The notes under the pieces were generated by a model. The model saw nothing but the letters and a program-made list of their open reading frames with translations, did no database searches and was not told where the DNA came from. Position numbers and translations under genes: made by a program. DNA of 64,000 nt, from positions 212,484 to 276,483 of the forward strand of contig NZ_JAEMHL010000006.1 of the NCBI RefSeq assembly GCF_016458305.1. The letters are read 5' to 3'. Position 1 is the first letter of the stretch, and each line of letters opens with the position of its first letter. Positions 18,466-28,466 of this stretch are shown here, one piece after another. The stretch comes from Geomonas anaerohicana. GTDB lineage: Bacteria; Desulfobacterota; Desulfuromonadia; Geobacterales; Geobacteraceae.

Positions 18466-19308
18466 ATGCAACCATTATTGATCGTCGGGTGTGGTGCCGT
18501 CGGCCGCCGGGTAGCGGCACTGGCACTCGCGCAGGGACAGAGCGTCTGCACCTTCAACAGGAGCGAGGTTCCGTTAACCGGTGTGCAGCACCATAGCGGC
18601 AATCTCGATGAGCCCGATACGCTGCGGGGGCTCCCCACCCGCGGTGCCGGGGTGATCTACCTCGCTCCTCCGCCGGGTGGCGGCCACGAAGATACCAGGA
18701 TGCGCAACTTCCTCTCGGCAATCGCCGCCGGCGATGAGCCCGGCAAGGTCGTCTACATCAGCACCAGCGGCGTCTACGGCGGAGGGAGCAATGTTGTCAC
18801 CGAGGAGACCGAGCCCGACCCGCAGACCGCGCGCGGCAAGAGAAGGCTGCATGCGGAGCGCCTGCTGCAGGCGTGGGGGCGCGAGCGCGGGGTCGCCGTG
18901 GTCGTGCTGAGGGTCACTGCCATCTACGCGGCCGACCGTCTGCCGGTCACTCAACTCACCACCGGTCAGCCAGTGCTCCTGGAGGAGGAATGCCTCCCCA
19001 GCAACAGGATCCACGCAGACGACCTGTCCCGCATCTGTCTGGCCGCCCTGGAACGCGGCCAGGACGGCGCAGTCTTCAACGTGAGCGACGGCTCCCCCAG
19101 CACCATGACCGCTTACTTCAATGCGGCTGCCGACAAACTCGGGCTTCCCAGGCCCAGGCAGGTGACCATGGCCGAGGCGCGCCAGCTCATGACCCCGCTC
19201 ATGATCTCCTACTTCTCCGAGGGGCGCATCGTCGACAGCAGCAAGATGCTCAAGGAACTCGGCATCACCTTGCTCTACCCCAACCTTGAGGCCGGCCTGA
19301 AGGACTGA
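18466..19308 (+). CDS. NAD(P)-dependent epimerase/dehydratase-family (SDR) oxidoreductase
   Basis: N-terminal Rossmann GCGAVG, YxxxK-like region, ~280 aa. Confidence 0.6.
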   Translation: MQPLLIVGCGAVGRRVAALALAQGQSVCTFNRSEVPLTGVQHHSGNLDEPDTLRGLPTRGAGVIYLAPPPGGGHEDTRMRNFLSAIAAGDEPGKVVYISTSGVYGGGSNVVTEETEPDPQTARGKRRLHAERLLQAWGRERGVAVVVLRVTAIYAADRLPVTQLTTGQPVLLEEECLPSNRIHADDLSRICLAALERGQDGAVFNVSDGSPSTMTAYFNAAADKLGLPRPRQVTMAEARQLMTPLMISYFSEGRIVDSSKMLKELGITLLYPNLEAGLKD

Positions 19309-19436
19309 CCGCCCGTCGTCCACCCGCAAGGGCGAATAATCATTCGCCCGCCTTTGCTCATCCCGCGTTTCCTTGACAATACCCGGCTCTGCATTAGTGT
19401 TTTCCCACTCAAAAATACGAGGTGGGAGGTGCTCAG

Positions 19437-19967
19437 ATGCTGGAAAAGGAAAGCGACCTGCTGAAGCGGGAGGACCGGCGCCAGGCGGAACGGCGACCGC
19501 AGATGGGACGCCGCGAAGAACAGGATGACCGGCAACTCTCGGCCATGGCTCAGATGGACCGGCTGTTCGACGAGGTGTTCAAGAGGCCCTTTTTCCATCA
19601 CTTGTCACAAAGGATGTCGGGTGATGTGACGGAGGAGTTGAACCCGCCCATCGACATCTACGAGGAAGCTGACTCCGTGGTGGTGAAGGCCGAGATACCG
19701 GGGCTCAAAAGGGAAGATCTCGATGTGCAGCTCTCTCCGGAAAACATCACCATCTCCGGGCAAAAGAGCAAGGAACAGCGCATCGACGACAAGGACTACT
19801 ACCGCATGGAGCGCTCCTACGGATCGTTCATCAAGACCTGCCGGCTCCCGGTGGCGATCATAACCGATAGCGCCCGGGCAACCTTCAGGGACGGCATCCT
19901 CGAAGTGCGTGCCTTGAAGAAATCCGAGGTGATCAAGGACCGGTTCACCAAGCTGCACGTGGAATGA
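19437..19967 (+). CDS. Hsp20/alpha-crystallin family small heat-shock protein
   Basis: …IDIYEEADSVVVKAEIPGLKREDLDVQL…ILEVRA… ACD domain. Start ATG 19437 behind RBS gaggtgggagg. Confidence 0.8.
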   Translation: MLEKESDLLKREDRRQAERRPQMGRREEQDDRQLSAMAQMDRLFDEVFKRPFFHHLSQRMSGDVTEELNPPIDIYEEADSVVVKAEIPGLKREDLDVQLSPENITISGQKSKEQRIDDKDYYRMERSYGSFIKTCRLPVAIITDSARATFRDGILEVRALKKSEVIKDRFTKLHVE

Positions 19968-19996
19968 CCGGCGCCGGAGGCGTTTTCGGAGGGGAA

Positions 19997-20026
19997 GGGC
20001 GTGGCGCTGGCTGCGCCTTTTTTTGT
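19997..20026 (+). terminator. Rho-independent terminator after the hsp20 gene (gtggcgctggctgcgcc + ttttttt)
   Basis: GC stem followed by T7. Confidence 0.7.
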
Positions 20027-20203
20027 GCCGAAAGTTTGCTGCCTAAAAAGTGGGCAAAACGCTATCATTAGCGATTGCCACGTCAGTTTTTTCCGCTGCC
20101 GTGGGCGTTACCCACAGAGTTTTCCACAGTTGTTGTGGAATATCCCTTACATCTTTTGTCGTAAAAATATAGCTACTTAGATAAAACGTTCGATTCGGAA
20201 ACT

Positions 20204-20235
20204 AAAAAAGGCCCATGGAATCCATGGGCCTTTTC
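20204..20235. terminator. Symmetric hairpin (aaaaaaggcccatggaatccatgggcctttt) that could terminate in either direction
   Basis: Perfect 9-bp palindromic stem flanked by an A-run and a T-run. Confidence 0.6.
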
Positions 20236-20932
20236 CCTGCATTGGCGTTAGAGCGGGGCACTTTCTACCAATCCGTCGGTAAAGCTTCGCGGCCGGGTGC
20301 TGCGTGGTCGGTGCCTCCTCGCAGCGCGTGCCGGTCGGCTTCCCTTTTTCAAGCGTAGCCGCCTGGCGGATGAGATAAGTCGCTTTCAGCGTTGTCCCGA
20401 CTAACGCCAATTTTTTTGCTCCGGAATACCGCTACGAGGAAGATTGGATTACTGACCTGTGTCGCAACATACCCCGGTGAGACGCTTCAGGCTTCCCTCT
20501 GCCTTGTTGAGGGCTTGCTCACCACGACTGAAACCAGGGACATCTTGATAAATAAGGTAGTCAGGGACCCAAACGGATGCGCAACGAGTATTCCAGAGCC
20601 GCTCGCATTGACATGCTAAAGCTTGACCCAAGTCTAACAACCGGGCAATGAGAGTCAAGGCTGACATGAAATTAATTTCATCTGATGTAACGTGTTGAAA
20701 AATAGTATCTTTGTTGGTTTTGCAATGCGCTAAAAGCGGCTGTCATTTCGCCGGTTTCTGTTCCTTGAGTACCGCATTACCCAAGGCTGTCAGACCACTT
20801 TTTCACAATGTTGGTATGACAGTTGCCCTTCGTTCTCATTCCGTGGCAAGCAGCGGGGTGCAACGAAGATTGCAGCGGCGGGAAGTGCATCGATGGCCTA
20901 ATAGTGTGACGAGCGTCACACCGGTAAGGCTG

Positions 20933-22204
20933 TTAGAGTGACAGGACGTGTACCGAGCAGGAGATACAGGGATCGTAGCAGCGGATCAGTCGTTCCAGTG
21001 CGGTGGTCATGCGGCTGCTCTCTTCCCCCTCCATGCCGCGGGCCAGGGCGAGCAGGTCGCGGGCCAGGGCCCCCTGGTTCAGCGCGGTGGGGGTGATCAC
21101 GTCGGCCGCGATGCAGATCCCTTGCGGGTCGAACGAATAGCTGTGGATCAGGGTGCCGCGCGGCGCCTCGCAGGCCGCACAGCCGGTCGCGGCACGCGGG
21201 GCAATGGGCTGCGTTTCCGCGCGCTCCGGACCAAGCTCTATAAGCCGGTCCACCAGGCGCAATGCCCTTTCTGTGGCGTGACACATCTCTATCGCCTGGG
21301 CCAGGTTGTTGCCCCGCATGTCTTTGCCGACCAGTTCATGCTTGTGGTCCGCAAAAAGCGTCGCCGCGAGCGGTTCCAGGTCGGGGTCAAGGTTGAGCCG
21401 GGCCTGGGCGCCCACGGTTGCCTCCTTGCCATGCACCTTGGATAGTTTGGCGTTGGAGTAGTCGAGCAACGTTTCCTCGATATGCTGCCGGTAATCCCGC
21501 AGCGGGAATGTGAGCGCGTCGGCCATGCGGCAGAGTTGGCCCTGCAGCGGGCGGTCGGATGGGTGCAGGGCGAGAAAATCGGGGGCAGGAAGTTGCGGGA
21601 AGGGGAACGGGGTGCTGAAGAGGCGGTGTGCCTCCCGCGCCGCCGGGAGCACCTTCTCGAGTGCGTCTTTGAGCCGCGTCAGCTCCTTCTTGTTGAGGCA
21701 ACGGCCGAGCCCCCCAAGGCGGATGTTGACCGGGTGGATGAGCCTCCCCCCCGCGGTTTCCAGGACCAGGTTGCCGGCTTTCTTGATCGCCAGTCCCGTC
21801 TTGAGCAGTTCCGGCGCGACCTGCGCCAGTTCGGCTACGCCGCGCACGCCCAGCAGGTCGGGGAGCACCAGGCAATAAAGGTGCAGCGCGTGGTCCTGGA
21901 TCATGCCCGCCTGCAGCATAAGCTCGCGGGTGAGGGAGGTCACCTCGGAGACCTCGACGCCGAAGGCGTCCTCCACGGCCAGGAGCGCGGTCACCTTGTG
22001 CACGGTGGAGCAGAGCGCGCAGATGCGACAGATGATCTCCGGCACCTCGGCAAAGCTCTTCCCCACCAGGAGCGCCTCGAAGAGCCGGGGCGAATCGACG
22101 AACTGCAGTTCGACCCGCTCGACCCGGCACCCCTCGCGGTAGACCCGGACCTTGCCGTGACCTTCCAGCCTGGTCAGAGGCGCTATCTCAATGACGCTGC
22201 CCAT
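20933..22204 (-). CDS. [NiFe] hydrogenase large (alpha) subunit, cytoplasmic group-3b/sulfhydrogenase-like
   Basis: N-terminal …RLEGHG… and RICALCSTVH Ni-binding motif; C-terminal DPCISCSVH motif. Confidence 0.85.
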   Translation of the reverse strand: MGSVIEIAPLTRLEGHGKVRVYREGCRVERVELQFVDSPRLFEALLVGKSFAEVPEIICRICALCSTVHKVTALLAVEDAFGVEVSEVTSLTRELMLQAGMIQDHALHLYCLVLPDLLGVRGVAELAQVAPELLKTGLAIKKAGNLVLETAGGRLIHPVNIRLGGLGRCLNKKELTRLKDALEKVLPAAREAHRLFSTPFPFPQLPAPDFLALHPSDRPLQGQLCRMADALTFPLRDYRQHIEETLLDYSNAKLSKVHGKEATVGAQARLNLDPDLEPLAATLFADHKHELVGKDMRGNNLAQAIEMCHATERALRLVDRLIELGPERAETQPIAPRAATGCAACEAPRGTLIHSYSFDPQGICIAADVITPTALNQGALARDLLALARGMEGEESSRMTTALERLIRCYDPCISCSVHVLSL

Positions 22205-22946
22205 AGTCCCACTCCGGTTTAAAACGGCTCATCCTGCGTTCGATCTCATCCCTGCCGAAACCGCGCTCCAGCAGCAGCTCCAGCTCCTGGGCCACGTTGG
22301 CCTCGCGCACCGGTCCGCGGCACCCCTCGCAGACGATCCCGGTGGCGGGGCAGCGTGCGTTGCAGCCTCCCTGCACCACGGGGCCCAGGCAAAGCTCATT
22401 TTTCTCCAGCAGCAGGCATAGATTCTCCCGGCTGCGGCACTCGGTGCAGACCGGGTAGGAGCGGGGCGGGGGGAGGGTGCCGGCAGCGAGGGCTGCCAGC
22501 AGTTCCGCGATCTCCTGCTTCTCCGGCGGGCAACCGGTGACAACGGCGTCCACGCTCACGTAGTTGGCCAAAGGGGCGGGGGCAAAGCTCTCCGGCAGCT
22601 TCTCTGCTGCCCCGAATACCGCTTGCAGCAAGTCGTGCCTGGAACAGGTCATGTTGTTCATGGCGGCAACGCCGCCAAAGAGCGCGCAGGTGCCGTAGGC
22701 GACCAGAACCTTGCTGGCATTTCTGAGCCGGAACAGGAGCTCCAGGTCCTTCGGTGTCGAGACGGCCCCTTCCACGATGGCGGCGTCGAACTGCACCTCC
22801 AGCTTATTGCCGCTCTCGGCGAGCGGGAAGTAGACCAGTTCGCAGCGAGCGAGCAGTTCGGGAAGTTCGTCCTCGCAATTCAGGAGGGTTAGCTGGCAGC
22901 CGGAACAGGCCGTGAGGCCGGTTATCGCCAATTTCATGGGTCTCAC
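22188..22946 (-). CDS. [NiFe] hydrogenase small (delta) subunit, NuoB-like Fe-S protein
   Basis: …GLTACSGCQ…, …YGTCALFGG…, …GCPP… small-subunit Cys motifs; overlaps neighbours by a few nt. Confidence 0.8.
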   Translation of the reverse strand: MRPMKLAITGLTACSGCQLTLLNCEDELPELLARCELVYFPLAESGNKLEVQFDAAIVEGAVSTPKDLELLFRLRNASKVLVAYGTCALFGGVAAMNNMTCSRHDLLQAVFGAAEKLPESFAPAPLANYVSVDAVVTGCPPEKQEIAELLAALAAGTLPPPRSYPVCTECRSRENLCLLLEKNELCLGPVVQGGCNARCPATGIVCEGCRGPVREANVAQELELLLERGFGRDEIERRMSRFKPEWDYGQRH

Positions 22947-23794
22947 AGCGCCTCCGGTATCCCTTTCAAGTCACTGGCCCGGAACACGGGCCCGTCCACG
23001 CAGCACAGTTTCTGACCGATGCCGCAGTGACAGCAGCGTCCAACGCCGCAGCGCATCCTGCGCTCCAGGCTGAGCAGGATCCGTTGCGCCGCGACCCCGG
23101 CACGCTCCAGGTCGGCGACCAGGCAGCGGTACAGCGGTGGGGGGCCGCAGACCGCGGCATAGGTGCTGGCGGCGTCGAAACGGAACCCCTTCAGGAGGTC
23201 GGGCAACAGTCCGACGGCGCAGGAATAGCCCCCCTCCAGCTTCTCGGGCGCGAAATCGACGGTCAGGTAGAGCCGCATGCCACCCGCGGCGGCGAGGGCC
23301 GCCAACTCCTCACGGAACAGCATGAGCCTGGGCTGCTTGGCCCCGTACATGAGGGTGATGTCCCCGTAACGCTCCCTCTGCCGCAAAAGGTGCATGAGCA
23401 GCGAACGCAGAGGGGCGATCCCCAGTCCCCCGGCGAGGAGCAGGACCGGGCGGCCGGCCATCTCGTCGAGCGGGAAACCGCAGCCGAAGGGGCCGCGCAA
23501 TCCCAGTTGCGCCCCGGGCTCGAGCTTGTGCAGCAGCTCGGTGACGTGTCCCACGCGCCGCACGCACAACTCCACCGTCCCTTCAGCAGCGGGAAGGTCC
23601 GCGGGCGAAATCGGGATTTCCCCGGCGCCCGGGACCGAGAGCTGCACGAATTGCCCGGGAACGAAGGAGGAAAGCTGGGCGAGGGCGTCGGCTTCGGGTG
23701 CGATGCGGAACAGGGCGGTATCATCCGAGAGGTCGCGACGCTCGACCAGGTGCGCGGCGTAGGGGACATGGGGCGAGTGGTGGGGCTGTTTCAT
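22943..23794 (-). CDS. Hydrogenase gamma subunit: FAD/NAD(P)-binding oxidoreductase with C-terminal [2Fe-2S] (sulfhydrogenase HydG / AsrB-like)
   Basis: Start ATG 23794 (MKQPHH…) overlaps the upstream stop as ATGA. Motifs …RxYS-like FAD…, GGLGIAPLRS NAD(P)-binding, C-terminal CGVGRCCHCGIG. Confidence 0.8.
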   Translation of the reverse strand: MKQPHHSPHVPYAAHLVERRDLSDDTALFRIAPEADALAQLSSFVPGQFVQLSVPGAGEIPISPADLPAAEGTVELCVRRVGHVTELLHKLEPGAQLGLRGPFGCGFPLDEMAGRPVLLLAGGLGIAPLRSLLMHLLRQRERYGDITLMYGAKQPRLMLFREELAALAAAGGMRLYLTVDFAPEKLEGGYSCAVGLLPDLLKGFRFDAASTYAAVCGPPPLYRCLVADLERAGVAAQRILLSLERRMRCGVGRCCHCGIGQKLCCVDGPVFRASDLKGIPEAL

Positions 23795-24807
23795 GGCTGC
23801 ACCTGCTTCGGCGCAACGGTCAGTTCGCGCAGGTCGATGTCCACCGGGCAGACCTCCTTGCAACGGCCGCAGCCGACACAGGAACTGATCCCCTGCAGCG
23901 GGGTGAAACCGCAATACTTGTGCAGGAAGCGATAGCGCAGCCTGTCCAGCCGCTCCGGGCGGAAGTTGGCCCCGGCCACCTCGCCATGGCTGGCGAACAG
24001 GCAGTTGTCCCACTCCCTGATGCGCGTGCAGCCCCCGGAAAGGGCAGGGTACTCGCGCACGTCGAAGCAGTAGCAGGTGGGGCAGCAGACCGAGCAGGCC
24101 CCGCAGGAGACGCAGGTGGAGGCGAACTTCTCCCAAAGCGGGTGGTCGGAAAAGCGAAGCTCCGGGTCCTGGGGCGGAAAACAGAGGCCGGAGGAGGTCG
24201 CTGGCTGCAGGGGGACTCCTTCCTCGAGCAGGTGCTCCGCTGCGGCAAGGATGGCATTTCCTCTAACGCTGTGACTGGTGAGATGAAATCCGTCTCCCGA
24301 AGCGGCCAGGAAGAGATCGCAGGCGGTGGATACCGTTCCTTCCGGGCAAAAGCAGAAGTCGTCGGGGTGGCAGGTGACGCCGACCAGCGTGAGGCTGGCC
24401 CTGCGCGCGGAATAACCGGGGTCAGCGGGGTCGGCAAGGAAAACCCGGTCCAGGTAGGCGATCCCTTCCAGGTCGCAGCTGTGGACGCCGAACAGTACCA
24501 TGTCGACGGCTCCGCAGTGCCCTTCACGGTACGTGTCACCGGCGCAGTGGAGGATCTCTTCCCTGAAAGGGAGCAGGTATTTCTTGGGGGGGATCTGGGT
24601 GCGGCGGTAGTCGAGGTTCAGGTCGGCGGGGTCGTCAAGGAGCGAGAACCTGTGCACCCCGCTCTCGGAGGTGGTCGGTGCGTGCAGCTCTCCGAAGAGG
24701 CGCAGCGCGTCCAGAAACTGATCCAGCCTTGACGTTTTCAGGAAGTTGTTTGCCACAGTACCTCCTCGCGCAAGTGATAATTTTACCGGGAGCGCTGATG
24801 ATGGCAA
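23791..24807 (-). CDS. Hydrogenase beta subunit: 4Fe-4S cluster protein (sulfhydrogenase HydB / AsrA-like)
   Basis: Several Cys clusters (CVSCGACSVCCPTCYC…, CVGCGRCKEVCP); first gene of the operon. Confidence 0.75.
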   Translation of the reverse strand: MPSSALPVKLSLARGGTVANNFLKTSRLDQFLDALRLFGELHAPTTSESGVHRFSLLDDPADLNLDYRRTQIPPKKYLLPFREEILHCAGDTYREGHCGAVDMVLFGVHSCDLEGIAYLDRVFLADPADPGYSARRASLTLVGVTCHPDDFCFCPEGTVSTACDLFLAASGDGFHLTSHSVRGNAILAAAEHLLEEGVPLQPATSSGLCFPPQDPELRFSDHPLWEKFASTCVSCGACSVCCPTCYCFDVREYPALSGGCTRIREWDNCLFASHGEVAGANFRPERLDRLRYRFLHKYCGFTPLQGISSCVGCGRCKEVCPVDIDLRELTVAPKQVQP

Positions 24808-24909
24808 GGCGTAGAGGGTGATTCACTCACTGGCGCCCGTCATTCTTTTAGACCATTGTAATCGTGCGGATCTTTGACTTCACGGCTTTCAGGTGTTACA
24901 GAATGATGC

Positions 24910-25689
24910 ATGCCTTCGGACTTCACTGATTATCACTGCCATTTGCTTCCGGCGCTCGATGACGGGGCCGTGGATTTGAGAGAGTCGCTCGACATGGCGC
25001 GCACGCTCTCAAGCTTTGGTTTCGGTACGGTGCACTGTACGCCGCACCTGATCCGCGGCGGCTATGAGAATGATCCTGCCCGTGTTGTTCGCGCCGTACA
25101 ACTCATGCAGCGGCGTCTCGATGACGAAGGTATTCCCCTACGCCTGGTGCCGGGCAACGAGCATTACCTGGACCAGTACCTGCCAGAGATGCTGCACGGT
25201 GCGCTCAGGTCAGGCGACTCCCGCTATCTGCTGGTCGAGGTTCCCTTCCATGCCGGTCCTGAGTTGCTGCGTCCCATGGTGCAGACCTTCGCCGAACACG
25301 GTCTTGCCCCGCTCATCGCCCACCCGGAGCGCTGCACTGCCTTTGATCCAGCCCGGGCCGTGGGGGGGGTGCGCGGAGCGCTTTCCATGGTTCTGGGGAG
25401 GGACGCCGAACCCCAGCTGGAGGATTCGGAGATCGTAGAACTCAAGCGACTCGGCTGCAGGTTCCAGGGCAACCTCGGCAGCTTTGCCGGGTACTACGGC
25501 TACGAGGTTCGTGAGCGCGCCCTGCTGTTTCTCCGGCATGGCCTGTACTCCTGTGTCGGCAGCGACGGGCACAGCAGCGAAAAACTGTGGGAGATGCTGG
25601 TGGCCGGGTTCGCCGCGATCGAGTCGATCCTCGGCGCAGGGGAGGCTCTTGACCTGCTGCGCGGCGCCCGCCTTGCCAACGGCTCCTGA
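24910..25689 (+). CDS. CpsB/CapC-family PHP-domain protein-tyrosine phosphatase
   Basis: N-terminal DYHCHLLPALDDG metal-binding signature; …HPER… motif. Confidence 0.7.
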   Translation: MPSDFTDYHCHLLPALDDGAVDLRESLDMARTLSSFGFGTVHCTPHLIRGGYENDPARVVRAVQLMQRRLDDEGIPLRLVPGNEHYLDQYLPEMLHGALRSGDSRYLLVEVPFHAGPELLRPMVQTFAEHGLAPLIAHPERCTAFDPARAVGGVRGALSMVLGRDAEPQLEDSEIVELKRLGCRFQGNLGSFAGYYGYEVRERALLFLRHGLYSCVGSDGHSSEKLWEMLVAGFAAIESILGAGEALDLLRGARLANGS

Positions 25690-25821
25690 TCTCAGCCTGA
25701 TTCTCCTCTTCGCTTTCCCATCCCTTCGTGCCCGGCAATCATCCTTATCGCTAAAGCTGCGACCACACCGGCCGATACTTGATAGAGTCGCACTAACGAC
25801 CATCACTATCAGGGGTGTGCA

Positions 25822-27471
25822 ATGAAGCATTCTTCCATCTCCAGGTTCAGCGTATTGCAGCAGATCGTCTTCCTGGCGCTCGTCTGCGTTGTCGGGCTCA
25901 GCATCGTATCCGTGACAGCGTATTCCATAATCAACCGGGTCAAGGTAAACGGGCCGATCTACAGCGAACTCGTGCAGGGGAAGGACCTGGTCGCCGACAT
26001 ACTCCCCCCGCCGGAATACATCATCGAATCCTACCTGGTCGTGCTCCAGGCCACGCGGGAGACCGATCAAACCAAGCTCCGGGCGTTGCAGGACTCCTTC
26101 AAGAAACTCAAGGGCGAGTATGACGAGCGCCACGCCTACTGGGGCAGGGAACTCAAGGAAGGAGAGGAGAAACAGCTCATCGTCGAGACCTCCTATCGTC
26201 CCGCGGTGCAGTTCTACCAGGTCGCGCAAAACGAATTCTTCCCGGCACTGCTCTCCGGTGACCAGGCCAAGGCGAGCCAGGCGGTTGCAACCCTGTCAGG
26301 GCTGTACGAGCAGCATCGCACCAGCATCGACAAGCTGGTCAAAGTGGCCGATGCCAAGGGGACCGCACTGGAGAAAAGCACCGGTACCGAGCTCAGCCGC
26401 TCCACCGCCTTGCTCGTTACGCTCTGCATCGCCGTCACCCTCGGCTGCCTCCTGTTGAGCGCCTTCATCATCAGGAACATTCAAAACACCTTCGTTGCCT
26501 GCACCACGGTGATGGACCGCATCGCCGGGGGGGACCTTTCCGTCGATGTTTCGGTGCAGGGGGGCGGCAGCGTCAGAAGCATGATGATCAGCTTGAAGAC
26601 CATGGTGGAAAAGTTCAGGGACGTAATGCAGCAACTGCACGCCACCTCGGCAACCCTTGTCGGCGCGGCGGACCAGCTTTCGGTGGTCTCCGAGCAGATT
26701 GCCAGCAATGCCGGGTACGCTGCCACCGAGTCGGTAACCATGGCCACCGCCAGCGAAGAGATGGCAGCCACCTCGCACGAGATCTCGCGTAACTGCCAGC
26801 ATGCCGCCGAAAACTCCCGCTGCACCAGCGGCATCGCCGAGACCGGCGTTACCGTTGTCGCCGGCACCATCACGGTCATGGAGCAGATCGCAGAACGGGT
26901 CAAGGGGCTGTCCGGAACCGTGGAACAGTTGGGGCAGCGCAGCGACCAGATCGGCCAGATCATCGGCACCATCGAGGACATAGCCGACCAGACCAACCTT
27001 CTGGCGCTGAACGCGGCCATCGAGGCAGCCCGTGCCGGCGAGCAGGGGCGTGGTTTTGCGGTCGTTGCCGACGAGGTGCGGGCGCTTGCCGAGCGGACCA
27101 CCCGGGCCACCCGCGAGATCGGGGACATGATCAACACCATGCAGCAGGAGACCCGCGGGGTCGTGGGCGCCATGGAGGAAGGGGTACGCGAAGTGGAGGC
27201 CGGCACCAGCGAAGCGACCAAGTCGAGCGCGGCGCTGCGGGAGATCCTGGACCAGGTCAACGTCGTCGCCGGCGAGATCGTGCAGATCGCCCAGGCCGCC
27301 GAAGAGCAGACGGCAACCACCGGCATGATCAGCGGCAACATACGGCAGATCACCGATCTGGTGCAGAGCACTGCCGAAGGCTCGCAGAATTGTGCCGGGC
27401 AGGCCACCCGGCTCACCGTCTGTGTCAAGGACCTGGAGCGGATCATGGCCCAGTTCAAGCTCGCCGGCTAG
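25822..27471 (+). CDS. Methyl-accepting chemotaxis protein (TM, HAMP, MA signalling domain)
   Basis: Conserved MA core …[34 protein letters not shown]…. Confidence 0.9.
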   Translation: MKHSSISRFSVLQQIVFLALVCVVGLSIVSVTAYSIINRVKVNGPIYSELVQGKDLVADILPPPEYIIESYLVVLQATRETDQTKLRALQDSFKKLKGEYDERHAYWGRELKEGEEKQLIVETSYRPAVQFYQVAQNEFFPALLSGDQAKASQAVATLSGLYEQHRTSIDKLVKVADAKGTALEKSTGTELSRSTALLVTLCIAVTLGCLLLSAFIIRNIQNTFVACTTVMDRIAGGDLSVDVSVQGGGSVRSMMISLKTMVEKFRDVMQQLHATSATLVGAADQLSVVSEQIASNAGYAATESVTMATASEEMAATSHEISRNCQHAAENSRCTSGIAETGVTVVAGTITVMEQIAERVKGLSGTVEQLGQRSDQIGQIIGTIEDIADQTNLLALNAAIEAARAGEQGRGFAVVADEVRALAERTTRATREIGDMINTMQQETRGVVGAMEEGVREVEAGTSEATKSSAALREILDQVNVVAGEIVQIAQAAEEQTATTGMISGNIRQITDLVQSTAEGSQNCAGQATRLTVCVKDLERIMAQFKLAG

Positions 27472-27495
27472 TCCGTGCTGGCGCGTGCGGCAGAA

Positions 27496-27599
27496 GGGAC
27501 TGGCTCCGTCAGGTGCCTGTCCCTCTAGCGGAACGCTCCCTTCAGCTCAGCCAGCTTCACAAGTACCAAGGGGACAGGCACCTTGCGGAGCCAGTCCCC
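27496..27599. repeat. REP-like palindromic element, full inverted pair
   Basis: GGGACTGGCTCCGTCAGGTGCCTGTCCC … GGGGACAGGCACCTTGCGGAGCCAGTCCCC. Confidence 0.8.
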
Positions 27600-27781
27600 T
27601 TCTCCACCCACTGCCCGCAACCCGCCCCCACGTGCCCTAAAAATCAGCACCCACCGCCCGTCCCACTCCCTGCCCCATGCCGCCTCAATCCCCCCAGAAC
27701 CCCGCCACCTCAGCTACATGCGCCGTTTACCATATCTGGAACGGAACCTGCTACCGGAACGGCATCACAGCGAGGTGAGCC

Positions 27782-28465
27782 ATGCCGGTTCTGAGCAGTC
27801 CCGATATCGATGCCATCGTCCTCTCCCTCAAGGTCGCCTTCACTGCGACCCTGCTCAGCCTCCCGTTCGGTTTCCTCTACGCCTACCTGATGACATTCTT
27901 CAAGTTCAGGGGAAAGGTGCTTCTCGAAGTCCTGGTGAACCTTCCGCTTACGCTCCCCCCCGTGGTCATGGGCTACCTGCTTTTGCTGGCGTTGGGAAAG
28001 AACGGCCTGCTGGCCCCCGTGCTGGAGCCCTTCGGGATGCGACTCATTTTCACCTGGAAGGCCGCCGTGCTCGCTTCCGCGCTCGTGGGGTTCCCCCTGC
28101 TGGTGCGCTCGATCCGTCTCGCCATGGCATCCATCGACACCCGCCTGGTCCAGGCCTCGCGCACCCTGGGTGCCGGTTCGCTGGACTCGTTGCTGACCGT
28201 CATCCTCCCCTTGTCCCGGACCGGTATCGTGGCTGGTTCCTCGCTCATGTTCGCCCGCAGCATGGGCGAGTTCGGAGCGACCATCATCGTCGCCGGGAGC
28301 ATTCCGGGCGTTACCCGCACCATCCCCCTGGCCATCTACGACTATGCCGGATCGCCGGGTGGCGAGCAGGCCGCGCTGGTCCTGTGCGCCGTAGCCATCG
28401 CACTTTCAGTAGTGGTGCTGCTGGTGCACGAGAGTCTCACCAGGAAACTCACCAGGAGGCAGTGA
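27782..28465 (+). CDS. modB: Molybdate ABC transporter permease (ModB)
   Basis: ModB/CysTW-type permease EAA-like loop …SRTLGAGSLDSLLTVILPLSR…. Confidence 0.85.
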   Translation: MPVLSSPDIDAIVLSLKVAFTATLLSLPFGFLYAYLMTFFKFRGKVLLEVLVNLPLTLPPVVMGYLLLLALGKNGLLAPVLEPFGMRLIFTWKAAVLASALVGFPLLVRSIRLAMASIDTRLVQASRTLGAGSLDSLLTVILPLSRTGIVAGSSLMFARSMGEFGATIIVAGSIPGVTRTIPLAIYDYAGSPGGEQAALVLCAVAIALSVVVLLVHESLTRKLTRRQ

Positions 28466-28466
28466 G

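Noticed and set aside
19328-19436. Sigma-32 or ROSE-type heat-shock control element upstream of hsp20
   Set aside because: CTTGACA is present but there is no correctly spaced CCCCATNT -10. The palindrome gggcgaataatcattcgccc is noted but cannot be assigned from sequence alone.
27600-27781. Molybdenum-cofactor riboswitch upstream of modB
   Set aside because: Conserved Moco-riboswitch motifs not recognisable by eye. Needs cmscan, so not called.
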